From an uncultured Colwellia sp. (GTDB taxonomy: Bacteria > Pseudomonadota > Gammaproteobacteria > Enterobacterales > Alteromonadaceae): a DNA stretch of 64,000 nt. The position numbers and the translations under genes are program-made. Shown one piece after another: positions 1-10,215 of this stretch (position 1 is the first letter of the stretch; every line of letters begins with the position of its first letter). A model generated the notes under the pieces. The model did not search any database. It saw only the letters and a list, made by a program, of their open reading frames with translations, and was not told the origin of the DNA. The stretch is from NCBI GenBank assembly GCA_913061475.1, contig CAJXUN010000025.1, positions 1,427 through 65,426 of the forward strand. The letters are read 5' to 3'.

Positions 1-1444
1 TATCGAAGTTCAAATAATGCACTTAAATGGCCAGTGCTTTTGGAGTCAAATCAGTCTTACACCTTATTATAAAGACAATGTCTTGATCGGTACGTCCGGT
101 ACTATCGACGATATAAGTGATCGCAAGAGTGCCGAAGCTAGATTAAAGCACGTTGCGTTACATGATAGATTAACGGGTATAAACAATCGACATTACTTTG
201 ATGATAAATTACGTAGTCTTTCAGATGTTGTAATACGTAATAACAGCTTGCATTCTTTGTTATATATTGATTTAGATCATTTTAAAATTATTAATGACTC
301 TCAAGGACACTATCAGGGGGATCTTGTTTTAAAAGAAATTGCTAAATTACTTTCTGACAAGACAAAAAAAAATGATGTATTGTGTCGAATAGGTGGAGAT
401 GAATTTGCATTCTTGCTTATGAACTCTAGCGTTAAAGATGCAAAAGTTATTGCTCAAGATATTTGTAAAGCTATTGCAAATACTAGTTTTAAATTTTCTG
501 ATAAAGTTTATAAAGTCAGTTGTAGTATTGGTATATCAATGATTGATGGTAGTACCTCATCAAGCGAAATTTACTTGCAACAGGCCGACATTGCGATGTT
601 TGCGGCGAAGGAGAAAGGGCGTAATCGAGTTCATGTTTTTAAGGATGAAGATAGAGTTACAGATGAACTTAAACAAAGTTTTGACTGGGTGCAGAAACTT
701 CAAAATGCACTTTTTTCAGATAATATTATTTTACACTTTCAGGCTATTATTGATGTTAATACCAGAGAAGTTGAATGTTATGAAGCCTTGGTGCGCTTAA
801 TTGTTGATGGAAAAATAATTTATCCTAATGATTTTATTCCGTCATTAGAAAAAGCTAAGGATATGAATTTGCTTGATCGCCATGTTATTGGTAAAGCACT
901 TAAATTAATGCAAGAAAACCCAATATTAAAAAGAATTGCAATTAACTTATCAGCTCAAGCGTTCACCGATGACCGACTATTTTCATTCATTGAAAGTAAG
1001 CTAATTCAATATAATATCGATCCATCACTGGTCATTTTTGAATTAACGGAAAGTGCCAGTTTGTCGAATATCACCGGCACCCAACGTATGATAAACCACC
1101 TTAATGACTTAGGATGCCACTTTTCTATTGATGATTTCGGTACTGGATTTAGTACTTTTGCGTACCTAAAGCAAATCCCTGCGAACAGCGTTAAAATTGA
1201 TGGCTCATTTGTTAAAGACATGCTTCACGATCCCATTGATGAGGTATTAGTAAAAGCAATAAACGATACCGCACATGCTTTGGGTAAGACTACCGTTGCT
1301 GAGTTTGTTGAAGATGAAGCTACGCTGCTAAAGCTGAAAGAATTGGGCGTTAATTATGCTCAGGGTTATTACATCGCTAAACCGATGGATATTGATAGTA
1401 TAAAAGCACAATCAAATCCTTACTTGTTAAAGAAAAATCAATAA
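1..1444 (+). CDS. GGDEF-EAL (c-di-GMP cyclase/phosphodiesterase) signalling protein, 5'-truncated by the window edge
   Basis: The frame is open from the window edge. A PAS-like tail is followed by an intact RIGGDEF motif and then an EAL domain (YEALVRL, DDFGTG, KIDGSF). Confidence 0.9.
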   Translation, partial: IEVQIMHLNGQCFWSQISLTPYYKDNVLIGTSGTIDDISDRKSAEARLKHVALHDRLTGINNRHYFDDKLRSLSDVVIRNNSLHSLLYIDLDHFKIINDSQGHYQGDLVLKEIAKLLSDKTKKNDVLCRIGGDEFAFLLMNSSVKDAKVIAQDICKAIANTSFKFSDKVYKVSCSIGISMIDGSTSSSEIYLQQADIAMFAAKEKGRNRVHVFKDEDRVTDELKQSFDWVQKLQNALFSDNIILHFQAIIDVNTREVECYEALVRLIVDGKIIYPNDFIPSLEKAKDMNLLDRHVIGKALKLMQENPILKRIAINLSAQAFTDDRLFSFIESKLIQYNIDPSLVIFELTESASLSNITGTQRMINHLNDLGCHFSIDDFGTGFSTFAYLKQIPANSVKIDGSFVKDMLHDPIDEVLVKAINDTAHALGKTTVAEFVEDEATLLKLKELGVNYAQGYYIAKPMDIDSIKAQSNPYLLKKNQ

Positions 1445-1644
1445 GCTTTTCACTTAATGTAATAAAGTTGTTAAATATAACATATTGATATACAGTTATT
1501 TTGTATAGATAGGAAGATAAGCAGTAAAGTGTGAGTCATATTTTCAGCTACAAACATGACTATGTAAAGGACTATATAAATGAGAATTATAATGTAAGGG
1601 ATGCAACGCTTTTTTGTTCTTTCTAAAGCACCATCATATTATCG

Positions 1645-3477
1645 ATGGGATATTCTAATTTATCTAGGACAAAAATGAATTCTTCAGACAAAGTGGAAGG
1701 TCAATTAAAATCGGATCTGCAAGCAGCAGTAGCTGGTAACCCTAAGGTTATTGATTATGCTGATCTCATCGTTGAATACTTACATCAATTAGGTGTTGAA
1801 TATGTTTTTGGTGTGCCTGGAGGAGCAATAGAACCGCTCTATAATGCATTAGCACGTTCAGCTAGGCGAGGTGGTCCAAAAGCTGTTGTTGCACGACATG
1901 AATGTGGTGCTGCTTTTATGGCAGATGGTTATTACAGAGAAACAGGCAAGCTTGGCGTTGTGTGTTCAACGACCGGCCCAGGAGCTACAAATTTAATCAC
2001 AGGTGTTGCATCGGCATCGGTAGATAAAAGCCCAATGCTTGTTATTACCGCCCAAACCGCTTTACCCAAATTTGGTAAAAAACCTTTACAAGATTCAAGT
2101 GAAACGGCAATTGATACTGTCGGTATATTAAGTAATTGTACTAAATTTAATTCATTGATCTCACATCCGGCACAATTAGAATCAAAGCTCATATCGGCGT
2201 TAATGGAATCCACTCAGTCACCCAGTGGCCCTGTTCATATTAGTATTCCATCTGATGTATTGCGCAGCCCATTTCCCCACGATAATCCTAATGTACATGT
2301 TAACTATTTAATGAAAAAGTCATCACTCGTTGATAGATTAGCTGTCGATCAATTAGTTGAAGAAGTGATTGCCGCGGATAATATCGTTTTATTTATTGGT
2401 CATGGATGTGGACGAGCATATCAACAAATACAAAAGTTAGCTGAGTCTATCAATGCGCCATTTGTTACTGGACCTATGGGAAAGAGTTGGGTTGACGAGC
2501 GTCACCCGCTATATCGGGGCGTTTATGGCTATGCAGGGCATCAATCGGCACGTGATTTATTCAAGAATCCTGAGATAGAGTTAGTATTAGCTATTGGTAC
2601 ATCAATCACAGAAATGGGATTAGGGAATTTGGCCAAGGATGTGCTTAATAAGCTTATTCATATTGATGAAACAGTGGAAAGCTTTAGTCGATCTCCTATG
2701 GCAAAATTGCATGTATGTGGTCACTTAGATGCTATATTCAATCGCTTACTCAATACTGTTAATACGCAAAGCTGGCAGCGAACATGGCAGGGGATTGAAT
2801 TTGAATGCAATGTAAATGCTGTTGGTGGCTATATTGAGCTGTTAGAGCCTGAGAAATGTCATTCAAATGCCAGCCCGATCAAACCGCAAAAATTGATGGC
2901 TTATTTATCACGAAAACTGCCGGTTAATTCTCGGGTGTTTATTGATACCGGTAATATTTGGGCGTGGGCAACACATTATTTGAGTCATTCTTCAAATCAA
3001 GGGCTTTATCGTGTTTCAATGGAGTTTGGGAGTATGGCTTGGGCGATTGGCGCGGTTATTGGATCGGCATTCGGTTCTCCCAAAGAGCCACATGTATGTA
3101 TGTCCGGTGACGGTGCTTGGTTGATGAGTTCACATGAAATTGGTGTTGCTGTTCAGCATAAACTACCGATATTATTTATTGTTCTAAATGATTGTGCTTA
3201 TGGCATGATCCGTTTTGGTCAGCAACTTAGCGATGCAGAATCCATAGGTTGGCAACTTAATGAAGTTGATTTTGCCGCGTTAGCAAGAGCACAAGGTGCT
3301 AACGGGATCATCATCGAAAAATCAGAAGAACTACATAAAGTTGACTTTGATGCTATTTTTAAAGCAGATAAGCCAACATTGATTGATGTTCGAATTGATC
3401 CAAATGAAGTTCCGCCGATGATGTCGCGAGTTAAAAGTTTAGCAGAAGATGCAGAACAAGCTAATGGTTATAGATAG
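1645..3477 (+). CDS. Thiamine-pyrophosphate enzyme of the acetolactate-synthase large-subunit family, function unassigned
   Basis: The N-terminal Pyr-domain motifs are present (GVPGGAIEPLY, ARHECGAAFMADGY, TTGPGATNLITG). The C-terminal TPP motif reads GDGAWLMSSHEIG...LNDCAYGMI. The internal ATG at 1675 has the better SD (AGGA 7 nt upstream) and may be the true start. Confidence 0.85.
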   Translation: MGYSNLSRTKMNSSDKVEGQLKSDLQAAVAGNPKVIDYADLIVEYLHQLGVEYVFGVPGGAIEPLYNALARSARRGGPKAVVARHECGAAFMADGYYRETGKLGVVCSTTGPGATNLITGVASASVDKSPMLVITAQTALPKFGKKPLQDSSETAIDTVGILSNCTKFNSLISHPAQLESKLISALMESTQSPSGPVHISIPSDVLRSPFPHDNPNVHVNYLMKKSSLVDRLAVDQLVEEVIAADNIVLFIGHGCGRAYQQIQKLAESINAPFVTGPMGKSWVDERHPLYRGVYGYAGHQSARDLFKNPEIELVLAIGTSITEMGLGNLAKDVLNKLIHIDETVESFSRSPMAKLHVCGHLDAIFNRLLNTVNTQSWQRTWQGIEFECNVNAVGGYIELLEPEKCHSNASPIKPQKLMAYLSRKLPVNSRVFIDTGNIWAWATHYLSHSSNQGLYRVSMEFGSMAWAIGAVIGSAFGSPKEPHVCMSGDGAWLMSSHEIGVAVQHKLPILFIVLNDCAYGMIRFGQQLSDAESIGWQLNEVDFAALARAQGANGIIIEKSEELHKVDFDAIFKADKPTLIDVRIDPNEVPPMMSRVKSLAEDAEQANGYR

Positions 3478-3530
3478 CCCATTAAGTAATCTAATTAATA
3501 AAGAGCAAACCTGTCTTAGGGTCTTATGAT

Positions 3531-5627
3531 ATGAAATTGAAAATAACTTTACTCGCTATACTTCATGCCTTAGGGATCTCCGCCAATGCGGGAGAATTCA
3601 ATAACAATGAAGATGATTATTTTGATGACTTCTATGGTAGCGAAGAGATGGTTGAAATAGCGACGGGCATTAAAACACAAATATATAAAGCACCTGCAGT
3701 TGCTAGCGTATTTACCGCTGAACAAATTAAAAATATGGGCGCTATGGACATTGATGATGTTTTAGAAGCGGTTCCGGGGTTACATGTATCTCGTCTGTCA
3801 AACACCTACACCCCTATCTATGTATTTCGTGGTGTTCATAGTAAATATACCCCACAAGTATTAATGCTAATAAACGGCATTCCTATCACCAATTCATTTT
3901 TAGGTAATCGTAATCAAAACTGGGGAGGAATGCCTGTTGAAGCCATTGCACGTATTGAAATTATTCGTGGACCCGGTTCAGCGGTATTTGGTGCTGATGC
4001 ATTTTCGGGTGTTATCAATATCATTACTAAAAATGCGAAAGATATTACTAGAAATGAAATTTCATTACGTGCAGGTAGTCACTCTACTGAAGATGTATGG
4101 CTATCGGTGGGTAATGATGAAGGTGATTTAAAATATTCAGCCGTTTTGGAATATCATCAAACGGAAGGTTCCGATAAAACTATTGAAGTAGATGCACAAA
4201 CTGCTTATGACCAATTATTTGGGACTAATGCATCATTGGCACCCGGAAGTCTGAGTCTTGGCACTGAAAATATTGATTTTCGTGGCGAGATAAACTATTT
4301 CGAATGGACACTACGTGCAGGATTACAAAAGCGTTCAAATTTAGGTTTAGGAGCTGGCTTGGCGGGAGCGCTTGATCCTGATGCTGACAAAGCAAGTGAG
4401 AGACGTAACCTAGATATTAATTATCACAGCAATTTGACGGAACAGTGGCAGCTAACGTTACAAGCAAGCTACTTTGATACCAGCCAAGATATTGACCAGT
4501 ATACTATATTCCCCGCTGGAGCTTTTGGTGGAGCGTACCCTAATGGGTTTATTGGTAACCCAGAAGTTTGGGAACGCCACACTCGCTTTAATGTAACGGG
4601 TCTTTATACCGGACTCGATGAACATATTGTTAGAATGGGCGCCGGATATCATAAAGGTGATATGTATAAAACTAAAGAAACGAAGAACTTTGGTTTAGGA
4701 CCTGGCGGTATACCGATTGATCCCAATGGACCCCTAATTGATGTGTCAGACACCGAGTATATCTTTCTAAGAGAAACAGATCGCACCGATACCTTTGCTT
4801 TTATACAAGATGTATGGAAATTTGCCAACGACTGGGAGTTAACTGCTGGTTTACGCTATGATAATTACTCCGATTTTGGTGATACAACCAATCCACGATT
4901 AGCATTAGTGTGGTCAACAACACTTAACTTATCTACTAAAGTGCTCTACGGTCGTGCATTTAGAGCACCATCTTTTGCTGATACTGGTAATATAAATAAC
5001 CCTGTCGCCTTAGGGAATCCCACCTTAAATCCAGAAAAAATGGAGACCGTTGAATTGGCGTTTGATTATCATCCTCAAACGGGGTTGGGGGCAGTCTTGA
5101 GTTTTTATGATTATAAATGGAGTGATATAATTCAATATGTTCCAGATGCTGGGCAGTCCTCCTCGACCGCGCAAAATTCTGGCAAACAAGCGGGGCATGG
5201 GATTGAATTAGAAGTCAATTGGCAGATAAGTAAAGACCTTAAACTGGCAAGTAACGCTACCTGGTCTAAGGCAACTAATGATCAGATAGATCAGGATGTT
5301 GCCTTTGTTCCTACTAGTCAGTTTTACCTGCAACTTGATTGGAAAGTATCTGAGGTCATTCATACCAATATTAAGAGTAATTGGGTGAAAGGACGTGAGC
5401 GTCAAAAAGAAGATTTACGCTCAGATATCAATGACTACGTTATCACTGATGCGACCATTCGTTGGCAGCCAAATGATGTAGATTTTACCCTTGCCCTTAT
5501 GTTGCGCAATATATTTGATTATGATGCTCGAGAGCCATCGTTAAATAATGGTGCCACGGTAAATTTACCTAACGATTTACCATTAACTGGACGCTCAGTT
5601 TATGGTGAATTAAGGTACCAATTTTAA
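3531..5627 (+). CDS. TonB-dependent outer-membrane receptor
   Basis: It has a signal peptide (MKLKITLLAILHALGISANA) and a plug domain (VPGLHVSR, IEIIRGPGSAVFGADAFSGVINIITK). A long beta-barrel follows and ends in the aromatic terminus LRYQF. Confidence 0.9.
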   Translation: MKLKITLLAILHALGISANAGEFNNNEDDYFDDFYGSEEMVEIATGIKTQIYKAPAVASVFTAEQIKNMGAMDIDDVLEAVPGLHVSRLSNTYTPIYVFRGVHSKYTPQVLMLINGIPITNSFLGNRNQNWGGMPVEAIARIEIIRGPGSAVFGADAFSGVINIITKNAKDITRNEISLRAGSHSTEDVWLSVGNDEGDLKYSAVLEYHQTEGSDKTIEVDAQTAYDQLFGTNASLAPGSLSLGTENIDFRGEINYFEWTLRAGLQKRSNLGLGAGLAGALDPDADKASERRNLDINYHSNLTEQWQLTLQASYFDTSQDIDQYTIFPAGAFGGAYPNGFIGNPEVWERHTRFNVTGLYTGLDEHIVRMGAGYHKGDMYKTKETKNFGLGPGGIPIDPNGPLIDVSDTEYIFLRETDRTDTFAFIQDVWKFANDWELTAGLRYDNYSDFGDTTNPRLALVWSTTLNLSTKVLYGRAFRAPSFADTGNINNPVALGNPTLNPEKMETVELAFDYHPQTGLGAVLSFYDYKWSDIIQYVPDAGQSSSTAQNSGKQAGHGIELEVNWQISKDLKLASNATWSKATNDQIDQDVAFVPTSQFYLQLDWKVSEVIHTNIKSNWVKGRERQKEDLRSDINDYVITDATIRWQPNDVDFTLALMLRNIFDYDAREPSLNNGATVNLPNDLPLTGRSVYGELRYQF

Positions 5628-6475
5628 TGAGTACATCTAATAAGATACCAGCAGCAGGAAAAGGGGGTAAGCAGAGTAAAAAAGACTTTGTTTATGCCAA
5701 TAAAGCACAAACATCTATCTATTTAGAGCAGGCTTGTGAGCAGAATCCATATATAGCAAGTAGCAATTTTTTACATGGCTATGACGTGCTGGAATTAATC
5801 CAGAAAAAAAGCTTTGTAAATGTATTATTATTACTTTTTACTGGCGAGTTACCGGCTCAACACAATGTTCAACTATTAGAAAGATTAATGATCGCCCTGC
5901 TGAATTTGGGGCCTCGACACCCAGCAGTAAAAGCGAGTATGGTTGCAGGTGTGAGTAAAGCCAATGTAGAACACTTATTGCCTATTGGGTTATCAGTACT
6001 GGGTGGAGCAGCTAATGGTGCTAAAGAAGTAGAACAAGCGATGTTATTTATACAGAAATATAGCCATCAAGCAGTGAATGAAGTTCATCAAGAACTCGGC
6101 ATAGAGCGCCTTGATAACGACCACGGAGAGATGCATGTTTGCCCAGGCTTTGGCAGCCATTATGGGGGAATAGATGTATTTGCATTAAAAATAGTTTCAA
6201 CAATAATTGCTGATAATGCAGATATTGAGCAGTATAAATATATTTCATGGGCACAAACATTTGCACAGTCACTGGCTCAATATGATATGGGCTGGTTAAA
6301 AACCGGTATTGCTGCGGCGGTGTTTTGCGAATTAGGTATCGGTGCGAGAGAGTCTGTTGGTTTATTTCAATTAATTTGCGCGCCAGGAATTTTTGCTCAT
6401 GGCGTTGAACAAACTCATAAACCTATTACAGCTATACCTATGTTGTCAGATGAGCAGCATATATATAAACCATAA
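5627..6475 (+). CDS. Citrate-synthase-fold protein, citryl-CoA-lyase-sized (282 aa)
   Basis: The ATG overlaps the receptor stop codon (TAATG). CS-like motifs include HGYDVLELI..SFVNVLLLLFTGELP, LGPRHPAVKASM, PGFGSHYG and FAHGVEQ. Confidence 0.6.
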   Translation: MSTSNKIPAAGKGGKQSKKDFVYANKAQTSIYLEQACEQNPYIASSNFLHGYDVLELIQKKSFVNVLLLLFTGELPAQHNVQLLERLMIALLNLGPRHPAVKASMVAGVSKANVEHLLPIGLSVLGGAANGAKEVEQAMLFIQKYSHQAVNEVHQELGIERLDNDHGEMHVCPGFGSHYGGIDVFALKIVSTIIADNADIEQYKYISWAQTFAQSLAQYDMGWLKTGIAAAVFCELGIGARESVGLFQLICAPGIFAHGVEQTHKPITAIPMLSDEQHIYKP

Positions 6476-6499
6476 CGGTTAACTATGAAGTGATTAATT

Positions 6500-7312
6500 A
6501 TGAGTGATACAAAGTTTTGGGATGAACGTAACAATAAAATTTTTAGCCATGTCGGTCATTGGCAGGGAGGTGTTGATGTTATTATTGAAAATCACTCCTT
6601 AATGCATGAGCTAATGAAAAATGCTTCATTAATGCAAGTTCATATCTTAAATGCTACAGGTAAATACGTTGAGCGTTCAATCGCAAACTGGCTAGAAATT
6701 AATTTTATGGGTTTAAGTTACCCTGATAGCCGTATATGGTGTAATCAAATCAGTGCTTATGCCGCTGATACTAATGCAAGCGCAGTAGCCGCAGTTAGTG
6801 CAGCTATATTATCTACCGATTCTAGAGCCTATGGCGGTAGTCAAACTACATTTTCATGCATGACGTTTTTAGCAACCTCTTACCATAAGTATATACACGG
6901 AGAATCGTTATCTAGCATCATATCAGGAGAGAAGGTCAAGAATGGCAAGCCTATTATTGTTGGCTTTGCTCGGCCAATAGATAAGGATGATGAAAGGTTA
7001 AAGCCTTATGAATTAATGCAAAAACACTTAGCTATTGAGGTCGGCCCATATCTGAAGTTTGCCAAGCAGCTAAGTGCATATTTAGATCAACATTACTCAC
7101 TCACGATTAATAGCGGCGGATATGCATCGGCTTTTTTGTTAGATCAAGGTTTTACACCTATTGATGGATATAACGTCAAAGCCTATGCAGTAGCTAGCGG
7201 TGCTATTGCTTGTCATCGAAACTTGGTCGCTTCGCCACCAAATTCATTTTTGCCCTTAAAGTGTTCCGATGTTCAGTATACCGGTAAGGCGTACCGCCAA
7301 ATATCAAGCTAA
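6500..7312 (+). CDS. Second, more divergent citrate-synthase-fold protein (270 aa), possibly non-catalytic
   Basis: It has the same architecture as the upstream gene (GLSYPDSRIWCNQISAYAADTNAS..AYGGSQ). The GFGHRVY-type position reads GFARPID, so the His is absent. Confidence 0.5.
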   Translation: MSDTKFWDERNNKIFSHVGHWQGGVDVIIENHSLMHELMKNASLMQVHILNATGKYVERSIANWLEINFMGLSYPDSRIWCNQISAYAADTNASAVAAVSAAILSTDSRAYGGSQTTFSCMTFLATSYHKYIHGESLSSIISGEKVKNGKPIIVGFARPIDKDDERLKPYELMQKHLAIEVGPYLKFAKQLSAYLDQHYSLTINSGGYASAFLLDQGFTPIDGYNVKAYAVASGAIACHRNLVASPPNSFLPLKCSDVQYTGKAYRQISS

Positions 7313-7326
7313 GCATCCAGTTAACT

Positions 7327-8877
7327 TTATTGATTGCACGGAATTGATACCGTAAATGTTGCTCCTTGGTTAAGTTCACTGGTAACTGTGATCTTGCCTT
7401 TCATTAATTCGACGAAGCGTTGTGAAATCGCTAACCCTAAGCCTGTGCCACTAAACTTACGGGAATGACTTGAGTCGACTTGCCTAAACTCATCAAAAAT
7501 ATAATGCTGCTGTTTTTCAGATAAACCAATACCCGTATCTCGAATTTCAAAGAAGATATGACTATTGTCATTACTGATGGTTAAGTATATTTCACCATTT
7601 TCGGTAAATTTACAGGCATTACTTAATAAGTTAAGTAAAACTTGCTCAATTTTCTCTTGGTCAGTGGTTATTTTTGGTAGTGAACAGCCTTGATTTATTT
7701 TAAATGAATTATTGTTCTTTTTGGCTAAAGGCTCAATGGTATCAAGTAGACTGACAGCTAGCTCATCGATAAAAATTTCACTGAGCTTTATATCAAGTTT
7801 ACCTGCCTCTATTTTTGCGAGATCAAGTAAACTATTAATCATATTTAATAAACGCTGAGAGTTTTTCGATATTTTATCCATATCATCTATTAAATCAAAA
7901 TTACCTTCTAGCTCAAGTTCTTCTACGACAAGTTCACCATAACCAATAATTGACTGGATAGGTGTTCGTAATTCATGACTCATATTAGCCATAAACTCTG
8001 ATTTATGCTGACTTGCAATTAATGCTGCATCGCGAGCTTCGACCAATTCTCTGGTACGTATACTCACTTCTATTTCTAGTTGATCTCTATGAGTGACTAA
8101 ATCATATTCCTGCTGTTTCAAAACAGTCATCATGTTGTTGTAGGCACTTGCTATATCATGAATTTCTTTAGCGCCAATTTCTCTAGCTAAAAGATGTTCA
8201 CCCGTATTTTGAGATTGTTTCATAATATTAGCGATCATACCTAAAGGTTTGAACAACCGTAACAGACCAAAGCGAAGGACAATGCTAAGGATACTAACCG
8301 ACAATATACCAACTATAGCGACAAGAACGGCAATTTGCCTTTGAGCTTCTCTAAGTTTCTCTTTGCTGTAAATAACTTCAGCGTAACCAATATTCTGTTC
8401 ACCGATTAAATCAGAATCAAGCTCAAACTCATCTTCCTCACTAGGGCTTGATTGCGCTAGCGCTTTGACAGGTGTTTTAATTAGCCAATAGTCGTTTGTT
8501 TCCTTAATAATTTGTGTTGTTTTTATTGCTAATGTGCTTTTTTCTGTATCAGCAGGGTAGTCCCCCATAATTAGAAAGTCATTGTGATTGTCGAGTGAAA
8601 GTCTTGCGGATACGACAGACTGAAAACCTTGCACTTGATCCATTGCTTCCTGAGCGTTTTGTTCTGAACCTGATAATATGGAGAAAACCGCCTGTTTTGC
8701 CAACCCCTCTGTTATTTGGTAAGCATTATTTAACATGATCTGCTGAGATTGAAAATTTACGCCAATTGTTGTTACCACACTAATGATGATAGTCATCAAA
8801 GTGACGCCAAAGATCATGAAGCGTATAACTTGATTTTTTATACTTTTATTAGAATTTTTTAGCAGCGTAATTGGCAT
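7327..8877 (-). CDS. Membrane sensor histidine kinase (two TM segments, HAMP, HisKA, HATPase)
   Basis: The H-box reads FMANMSHELRTPIQS. N, G1 and G2 boxes are present (LLNLLSNACKF, DTGIGL, GTGLGLAIS), and there are two hydrophobic segments. Confidence 0.9.
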   Translation of the reverse strand: MPITLLKNSNKSIKNQVIRFMIFGVTLMTIIISVVTTIGVNFQSQQIMLNNAYQITEGLAKQAVFSILSGSEQNAQEAMDQVQGFQSVVSARLSLDNHNDFLIMGDYPADTEKSTLAIKTTQIIKETNDYWLIKTPVKALAQSSPSEEDEFELDSDLIGEQNIGYAEVIYSKEKLREAQRQIAVLVAIVGILSVSILSIVLRFGLLRLFKPLGMIANIMKQSQNTGEHLLAREIGAKEIHDIASAYNNMMTVLKQQEYDLVTHRDQLEIEVSIRTRELVEARDAALIASQHKSEFMANMSHELRTPIQSIIGYGELVVEELELEGNFDLIDDMDKISKNSQRLLNMINSLLDLAKIEAGKLDIKLSEIFIDELAVSLLDTIEPLAKKNNNSFKINQGCSLPKITTDQEKIEQVLLNLLSNACKFTENGEIYLTISNDNSHIFFEIRDTGIGLSEKQQHYIFDEFRQVDSSHSRKFSGTGLGLAISQRFVELMKGKITVTSELNQGATFTVSIPCNQ

Positions 8878-8887
8878 AATATTTCAA

Positions 8888-9790
8888 TTAATCAGGAAAG
8901 GTAAGCGCAAAACCTGAACGCTCATTTGTGTCATAATCAAAGCCTAAATGTGCTGCGGTTCTCAGGTTAACCGCTAGCTTAATTTTTTCTAACGTGTCTA
9001 CGGTTGATGGTCTAGATTTAGCGTTTACGGTATTAATCAGGCGTGCCAGCTGTTGTCCTAATAGCTCATTATCAGGCAATGTTGAAAATAAAGCACCACG
9101 CTTAGCGTGAGTAGGTTTACTGGAGAAAATCACCATTTTATTTTCCCAAGCTTTTTCTAAAATAGTCGGCACAATAATTTTCTCATTAGCGGTGATAGGA
9201 TCAAGTGGCAACCAGATAGCCGTGTTTTCAAGATCGCTACCTTCAAAAATTTTATTGTAAGCTACCACTGCTGCTTTAATATCATCAACGGCTATAGAGT
9301 TTAAAATTAAGCCCTTTTTATGCGCTTTGATTTTAGCCTCTGCGATAATCCATTCAGATGCCGGACTATATAGTACCGTTATCGTGGTTATATTAGGTGC
9401 TAAGTCATGTAAAGAGTCGAAAAGTATATTTGGATCCGCCATTAAGCTAACCCCTGAAATACCATTCGGTTTAATAGGCAAAGCACCCACCACAATAGAT
9501 TTATCGTTGTAGAGTAATTTAGCTATCCGCATGCCACGTTTGCCTAGGGCAATAATCTTATTTGTTGTTATTTTATTAGCTTGTTGCTCGGCATCAAAGG
9601 TGCGAGGGAGTTTTAAATGGTGAACTTTACCTTTAAACTCGCTTTGAATACCGCGGGTAATTTGTTTAAAAATTTTGTCGTAGGGGGCTTTTACTTCAGG
9701 ATAAACGACAGTCAGCTCTTCAGCGGATGCGTTTAGGCAACATCCAAGTAGTGAAACGATAAATAAAATATAGGAAAGATTCAACTTCAC
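8888..9790 (-). CDS. Periplasmic ABC-type substrate-binding-like protein (ABC_sub_bind-like), likely co-sensor of the downstream kinase
   Basis: It has a signal peptide and a periplasmic-binding fold pattern (NITTITVLYSP, IWLPLDPI, KLAVNLRTAAHLGF). It lies 10 bp upstream of the kinase gene on the same strand. Confidence 0.6.
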   Translation of the reverse strand: MKLNLSYILFIVSLLGCCLNASAEELTVVYPEVKAPYDKIFKQITRGIQSEFKGKVHHLKLPRTFDAEQQANKITTNKIIALGKRGMRIAKLLYNDKSIVVGALPIKPNGISGVSLMADPNILFDSLHDLAPNITTITVLYSPASEWIIAEAKIKAHKKGLILNSIAVDDIKAAVVAYNKIFEGSDLENTAIWLPLDPITANEKIIVPTILEKAWENKMVIFSSKPTHAKRGALFSTLPDNELLGQQLARLINTVNAKSRPSTVDTLEKIKLAVNLRTAAHLGFDYDTNERSGFALTFPD

Positions 9791-10215
9791 GTCTTTTTAC
9801 CAGGTTATTTATTATTACTTTACGCCGTCTATAGTAGCGGTGTTTTTAGCTTTAGTCGATTAATATTAATTGTTAATGTCTTCATTAGAAAAGGCTTTTT
9901 AGTAAAAGCTTAATGAGTGAAATTACTTTTTATAAAGCTGAACTCGTTGCTATTTTACGCTATCAGCCTCCATAATATTAGTTTTGTCACTTTAATATCT
10001 TAGTCAGATGCTTTTGGTATATTCATTAGGTAAAACTAAGTCAACTTAACTTATCTTGTACTAGGCAGTTCAGCATAATATTGCATTAAATATTACTAGC
10101 TCTGAATTTGACTTTAAAGCCATGTTTTCAATTTTATCTTGGTTTTCGGCAGCTTTTAGTTTTCATCAGTGATAAAATCTGGTTTATATTATTGAATAGT
10201 TATTAAAGATTTATT

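Noticed and set aside
1576-1594. A possible Fur box (ATAAATGAGAATTATAATG) lies upstream of the TPP/receptor operon.
   Set aside because: Only about 12 of 19 positions match GATAATGATAATCATTATC, which is not distinguishable from background in such AT-rich DNA. It would need a genome-calibrated matrix score or a Fur ChIP/EMSA.
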